A stretch of 64,000 bases of DNA, from assembly GCA_963752595.1 (NCBI GenBank), contig CAVVYZ010000030.1, positions 96,001 through 160,000 of the forward strand. The letters run 5' to 3'. Positions within the stretch are counted from its first letter, which is position 1. Each line of letters opens with the position of its first letter. Below the pieces are notes generated by a model that saw nothing but the letters and a program-made list of their open reading frames with translations, did no database searches and was not told the origin of the DNA. The position numbers and the translations under genes were made by a program. This document shows, in pieces, positions 62,408 to 64,000 of the stretch. Source of the DNA: an uncultured delta proteobacterium (lineage in GTDB: Bacteria; Desulfobacterota; Desulfomonilia; UBA1062).

Positions 62408-63793
62408 ATGAAGACAAATATGTTAGTACCGGAAATGACATTGAGAATTCAGAAAGTAGATTCAATTTCTCCGAATGTGATGATGTGGATAGTATCCGCA
62501 GTTGCAGTGCTTTCGCTCCTTCCAATATGGTTAAATTATGACATTATTTCTCCAGATGGGGCTTTTCAGTATATACCGACAGCTCGGTTCTTCCTTGAAG
62601 GCAACTTTCTCGCGGGGCTCTCACAACCACAACCCCTTTTCCCCCTGCTGATCGCAGGTGTTTCATGGATGACTGGATTCAATCCTGAGCTTGCAGGCAG
62701 GATGCTTTCAGCAGGTGCATTCATACTTGCTGCCCTGGGAATGTTTAAGCTCAGTGAGCTCATATTCCACGACAAGTGGATAGCACTGATTGCTGTGCTC
62801 TTTCTTATAACTAACCGTGAACTTGTGGAAAACTCAGTGGATTGTCTGAAGGAATCTCTGCTTGTAGGTTGCATTCTCTGGGGAAACTATTTTGTTCTAA
62901 AAGGGATCCAAGCTCCTGGTCGTGTTAGAATTGCCCTGCTCTTGGGTGGGCTCCTTTTCCTGCTTGGGATGTTCATGCGAAGCACGACCCTCTTTTTTGT
63001 AGAGGCGTGGCTGATCTTATGGGCATTCAATAAAAAAGGCAGCAGGGTGATGCGGATGATTCTGCTGGTAATCCCGGCAGTGCTGTTTGTCTTTCTATGG
63101 TTTATCAATCCGGAGTTGCCGTTCTATAAAAAGAGTTATAATCTTGGCCTTATATTTAATGGTCCCCACACAATATACAGCGTCCTGCAGGCGGCAGGAG
63201 GAACTGTAGTTGATTTTTTCAGCACAGGGAATCCGTTCATCGTAGTAATAGGATGCATCGGTCTCTTTTTCCGGGAGAAGGATCTGTACAGCATCCATCT
63301 ATGCCTGGCCATGGCGATTTTCCTGGCAATCCTATCTGCATGGGAATTTGTCTCAGGAAGATATCTTCTGGTTCTGATTGCTTGGATATGTCCTCTTGCT
63401 GCATACACTACCATGATGATGGCCCGCTCTATGAACAGGACGGGAAAGATCGCCGCTTTTCTGGTGGTGATTACCGCATGCATCTTCTGGATGGACAAAG
63501 CCTTAGAGGGGCCGGATACCAATAAGATTGCAAGAAAGGATGCGGGGTTTTATATACTGGAGCACGCCGGACCCGATCAGAAAGTAATTACAAATCGGGA
63601 CCGGCTTGCTTTCTACGCCAAAGGGGAGTATGTCCCTCTTGAAGAAGCTACCGATGCAAAAAAATCCTCAAATATACTTGCCATAGATATTGAAAAAGCA
63701 GATGGTAAGGCTGAAAATGCAGAAGTGAAAGCTCTCGGGAAAAAACCGGCACGGGTTTTTGGTACGATTTATGTATACCTTCCCGGATCTTGA
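62408..63793 (+). CDS. GT-C fold membrane glycosyltransferase (ArnT/PMT-like)
   Basis: SPDG..Y after TM1, PLFPLL, KE motif, RYLL; about 11 TMs plus a soluble C-terminal tail. Confidence 0.7.
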   Translation: MKTNMLVPEMTLRIQKVDSISPNVMMWIVSAVAVLSLLPIWLNYDIISPDGAFQYIPTARFFLEGNFLAGLSQPQPLFPLLIAGVSWMTGFNPELAGRMLSAGAFILAALGMFKLSELIFHDKWIALIAVLFLITNRELVENSVDCLKESLLVGCILWGNYFVLKGIQAPGRVRIALLLGGLLFLLGMFMRSTTLFFVEAWLILWAFNKKGSRVMRMILLVIPAVLFVFLWFINPELPFYKKSYNLGLIFNGPHTIYSVLQAAGGTVVDFFSTGNPFIVVIGCIGLFFREKDLYSIHLCLAMAIFLAILSAWEFVSGRYLLVLIAWICPLAAYTTMMMARSMNRTGKIAAFLVVITACIFWMDKALEGPDTNKIARKDAGFYILEHAGPDQKVITNRDRLAFYAKGEYVPLEEATDAKKSSNILAIDIEKADGKAENAEVKALGKKPARVFGTIYVYLPGS

Positions 63794-63815
63794 CCAAATA
63801 TTCACCCGATGATAG

Positions 63816-64000
63816 ATGATTGAACCAGATGACTGCTCTTTGATGAAATTGGCCTTGGAAGAGGCTGAAATTGCTGCGTGTCAGGGTGAAGTGCCTGTGG
63901 GAGCCGTTCTCATTATCGGCGATCAGGTATATCGGGGACATAACCGGGTTATCAGTGATCATGATCCTACAGCACACGCCGAGATTGTAGCAATTCGCGA
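63816..64000 (+). CDS. tadA: tRNA adenosine(34) deaminase, 5' part (absent from the ORF track; runs off the window)
   Basis: MIEPDDCSLMKLALEEAEIAACQGEVPVGAVLII..HNRVISDHDPTAHAEIVAIR: EVPVGA and PTAHAE motifs. Confidence 0.9.
   Translation, partial: MIEPDDCSLMKLALEEAEIAACQGEVPVGAVLIIGDQVYRGHNRVISDHDPTAHAEIVAIR

Overview
Bacterial window, Desulfobacterota/deltaproteobacterial-like by gene content (inference only), dominated by surface-glycan genes. (1) 1-13.1 kb, minus strand: Wzm/Wzt ABC-export cluster with three AsnB-type amidotransferases interleaved with glycosyltransferases. (2) 13.5-23.0 kb: acyl-CoA catabolic block (class III CoA-transferase, HMG-CoA-synthase-like/DUF35 fusion, SCP-x-type thiolase, two MaoC hydratase subunits, MFE-2-like SDR, metallophosphoesterase, CrtI-like flavoprotein, FAD/2Fe-2S reductase), with many probably artefactual frameshifts. 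(3) 23.3-52.6 kb: mostly AT-rich Wzx/Wzy/Wzz O-antigen-like cluster, heavily reworked by IS5/IS4 elements and MITEs. (4) 52.7-63.8 kb: PglF/CapD-like dehydratase, ligase/polymerase, second flippase, GT4s, WbaP and a GT-C protein, followed by the start of tadA. The best candidate for an undescribed system is the five-gene cassette at 38748-43820: PIG-L deacetylase, PaaK-like CoA ligase, two LpxD-like acyltransferases (one lacking the catalytic His) and a KamA-like radical-SAM aminomutase whose two lysine-binding Asp positions are hydrophobic. It suggests decoration of a glycan amino sugar with an unusual beta-amino acid. A second candidate is an orphan ThDP E1alpha/beta + aldo-keto reductase + TylF module that may make a C-branched sugar, located upstream of the IS-destroyed relic of a 4-aminotransferase. 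No rRNA, tRNA or CRISPR array was recognised. All assignments come from motif recognition by eye; no database searches were run.
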